A stretch of 37,420 nucleotides of DNA, taken from the NCBI GenBank assembly GCA_943704415.1, contig CALSCO010000520.1:1-37420 (forward strand), read 5' to 3'. The translations under genes and the position numbers were made by a program. Of this stretch, positions 34,959 through 37,420 are shown one piece after another (position 1 is the first letter of the stretch; every line of letters starts with the position of its first letter). Under the pieces are notes generated by a model. That model ran no database searches, was not told the origin of the DNA, and saw nothing but the letters and a program-made list of their open reading frames with translations. This DNA is from Parvularia atlantis (lineage: Eukaryota).

Positions 34959-37420
34959 TCAGCGGCGCTCGAGCACGTTCTTGAGCCCCGTCGCCTCGGC
35001 GCCGACCAGCGCGAGCTCGCACACGTTGCAGCGCTTCCCGCGCTCGCCCGGCACAAACTGCGCCGTGCACAGCGGGCAGCTGACCGACTTGCTGCCGCGG
35101 TAGATCGGCGTGAACGTGGCGCCTGCGAAAAGTGCATCAGCCGGGAGCCGGGAGCCGCATACGGAGGGCCCAACACGCACCGCACACGACGAACGGGTTC
35201 TGCTCGCTGTAATTGAGCTTGACCTCGTCGCGGGGCGTCTTGTCGCACACGGCCTGCAGCTTGCGCGCCTGCGTGGCCACGTCGGCCGCGGGCGCCAGCT
35301 CGAGCAGTCTCCGCGCGAACGACGACGCCGTGACAAAGTTCTACAACAGGCGTGAGGGGGGCGCGTGCGCGCCGGAAAGACGCGCGCACCTTGATCTTGA
35401 AGTGCACCGTCATCGCGAGGCGCAGCGACAGCTTCTGGTGCAGCGGGTCGAGCTGCATGTGCGTGAAGTACGCGGCGAGCTCGGCGTTGCGCGTCTGCCA
35501 CCCGTGGCAGTCAGCGCCAACGGAGCGAGACCAAGCGCAGCGCACCTGCGCGTCGGCCTCGGTCTTGGTCGCGACCTCCTTGCGCGCGGTCTCCATCAGC
35601 ATGCCGACGATGTACTCGCGGCAGACGGTGACGAGGTCAGCGATCTGTGCGAGCAAGCGTGAGCGGCTCGGTGCACGTCGCACGTCGCACGCCGCACCTT
35701 CTTCTGCTCCTCCTTCGTGCTCACGACAAGCAGGATCGTGTGGTTCAGGATCGCCCGGAACGCGGCCACGGCCTCGCCAAACTTGCCGTTCGTCACGAGC
35801 GTGTAGGCATTCTGCCGCCACACGTCAGCCCAGCGGCACAGACGCCTGCACACACGGCGGCGACGCAGACCTTCAGCATCCCCTCGACCCGCTCGAGCGT
35901 GAGCGCCTGATACGGCAGGCCGTTGCGCTGCTTGAGCTCGCTCCAGTTGCGGTGGATCGGGTACATCTGCGACGTGATGGAGGCGTTGGCGCTGCCGAGC
36001 GTCGTCAGTGTGCGCGTCTACCGAAAGCAGCAGCGCGCACCTCACGGCCGTGCGTGACCCGAGGTAGATCGCAAGGAATATGCTCTTGAGTGGCTCAAAG
36101 TTGACCACGGCGGCCTGCTGGTTGAGCAGCTGCATCGCGCTCTCGAACGCGCCTGCCGCCGCGTGGTCTGCGCGCAGCGGGGTCAGCGCGTGTGAGTGCA
36201 TCATGTGCGACCCAGCACGCACCGGCCGCCAGCGTCGAGTTGCGCGTCCAGATCTCCCCGTCCGCCAGGCCCTGCGTCGGCGGCACAAAGTACGTCTCGG
36301 CCTCGCCCGTCTTGGGCAGCGCCGCGTCCCCGCCCTCGATCACGACGTCGTCGATGTCCCAGCCGCCGCCCTCGGCCGGCTCCTCCTTGTCGGCGCTCTT
36401 GAGCGGGCTGCACAGCAGGGTGCGTCAGGCGCACAAGGCGCGCCAGCAAGGGCGTCGCACGCGCACCGCTTCAGCTCGCCGTCCTCGTCCAGGCCCTCGA
36501 GGTCGTTGCCGCCCCACTCCTCGCCGACGTCGCCCAGGTCCACGTCCGTCAGGCCGCCAAGCGCCGACTGCGCTGTCGCGGCCGTTGTGGCGCTCGCTGC
36601 GCTCGTGAGCGATGCCGACACGTCGAACGCTGACTTGGACACGTTGAGCTGCGGCCAGGGGAGCTCGTGGTGCTGCGTCATGCGCGCACATGTCAGCTCT
36701 CGCGCGCGGACGGGCAGCGTGAAGTGCACACCCTCAGCTTGGGCTGCGGCGGTACAAGCAGCGTGCCCTTGGGCGGCATCGGCGCCTTCTCGGGGTCGTT
36801 GCCCGCGGCCGTCCAGATCTGCAGCGCCTCCTCGTCCATGCCGTACGTGCGCGCGAGCAGGTACGCGAGCTGAACTGCGGGCGGCGCACGGATCAGCGCT
36901 GCGCCTGCGAGCCGCGAAGCGCGCGCACCCTGGCCGACCTCACGCAGCACGCGCAGCTGCTCCTTCTCGTCGCCGAGCAGGAGCGCGTTGTGGAAGCGCG
37001 CCATCGGGTCGTTGCGCATCTCGGCGATCTGTGCGCGTGCGGTTAGAGCTGCGTGATGGGGTCGGGTGACGGGTGGCTGGCGCGCCTTGAGCATTTTGGC
37101 GAGCATGTCGGTGTTGCCGAGGACCGTGTACAGGAACGAGAGCCGCTCGACGTTCTTGATCCTTCGCAGCGCCGTCTCGACGACCTGCGGGTTGCCCAGC
37201 CGCATCGCCTCTGTGGCCAGGCGCGACCAGACCTCCTCCTTGTCCATCGACATGGCTGTCTCCTGCGCGACCTGCAGACGCGACCGTCAGCTCGCTGCGC
37301 AAGCGGGGAAAAAAGCCGGACGCCACCTGCAGGTTGCCGCACTCGAGCGCGAGGTTGAACCGCGTCAGCTCGTCGCGCACAAATAGCAGCGCGATCTGCG
37401 AATTTTTTTTTTTTTTTTTT
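34959..37420 (-). CDS. COPA: Coatomer subunit alpha, 3' part (5' end outside window), ~12 introns
   Basis: [84 protein letters not shown]...CNVC. Confidence 0.95.

Noticed and set aside
37403..37420. Terminal poly-T as a retro-element tail or terminator
   Set aside because: It sits in a COPA intron just upstream of the acceptor at the window end, most likely a homopolymer at a contig break.

Overview
This is eukaryotic, very GC-rich and extremely compact DNA. It holds about 18 protein-coding genes split by roughly 150-160 tiny spliceosomal introns (hand count). Most introns are ~50-65 nt, with a GTGCG-type donor, a CTGAC/CTCAC branch site and a YAG acceptor. Most ORF-track entries are therefore single exons or GC-rich shadow frames. 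Genes assembled by manual splicing, in order: a large secreted protein (7 FG-GAP-like blades, EGF, disintegrin-like and Cys-rich repeats, Ig-like repeats; runs off the left end), VWA8, a hidden 73-aa Dad1/Dad4-like (DASH kinetochore) gene, RagA/Gtr1, pyridoxal kinase, an SDR, a DUF2420-like protein, COX19, STRIP/Far11, a GT92-like glycosyltransferase fused to a degenerate sulfotransferase, CHID1, an FG-GAP relic, ClpP, glutathione reductase, an acid/sterol lipase, a Gfo/Idh/MocA oxidoreductase, ELOF1 and the 3' part of COPA. The mix of fungal-type families and protist/animal-type genes suggests a unicellular holomycotan (nucleariid-like or early fungus); this is inference. Most notable: near-zero intergenic spacing (divergent ATGs 11 nt apart), a possible splice-controlled COX19/DUF2420 fusion or bicistron, the adhesion-receptor-like architecture, and a VWA8 whose conserved glycine motif appears replaced. 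All family assignments come from motif recognition, not database searches.
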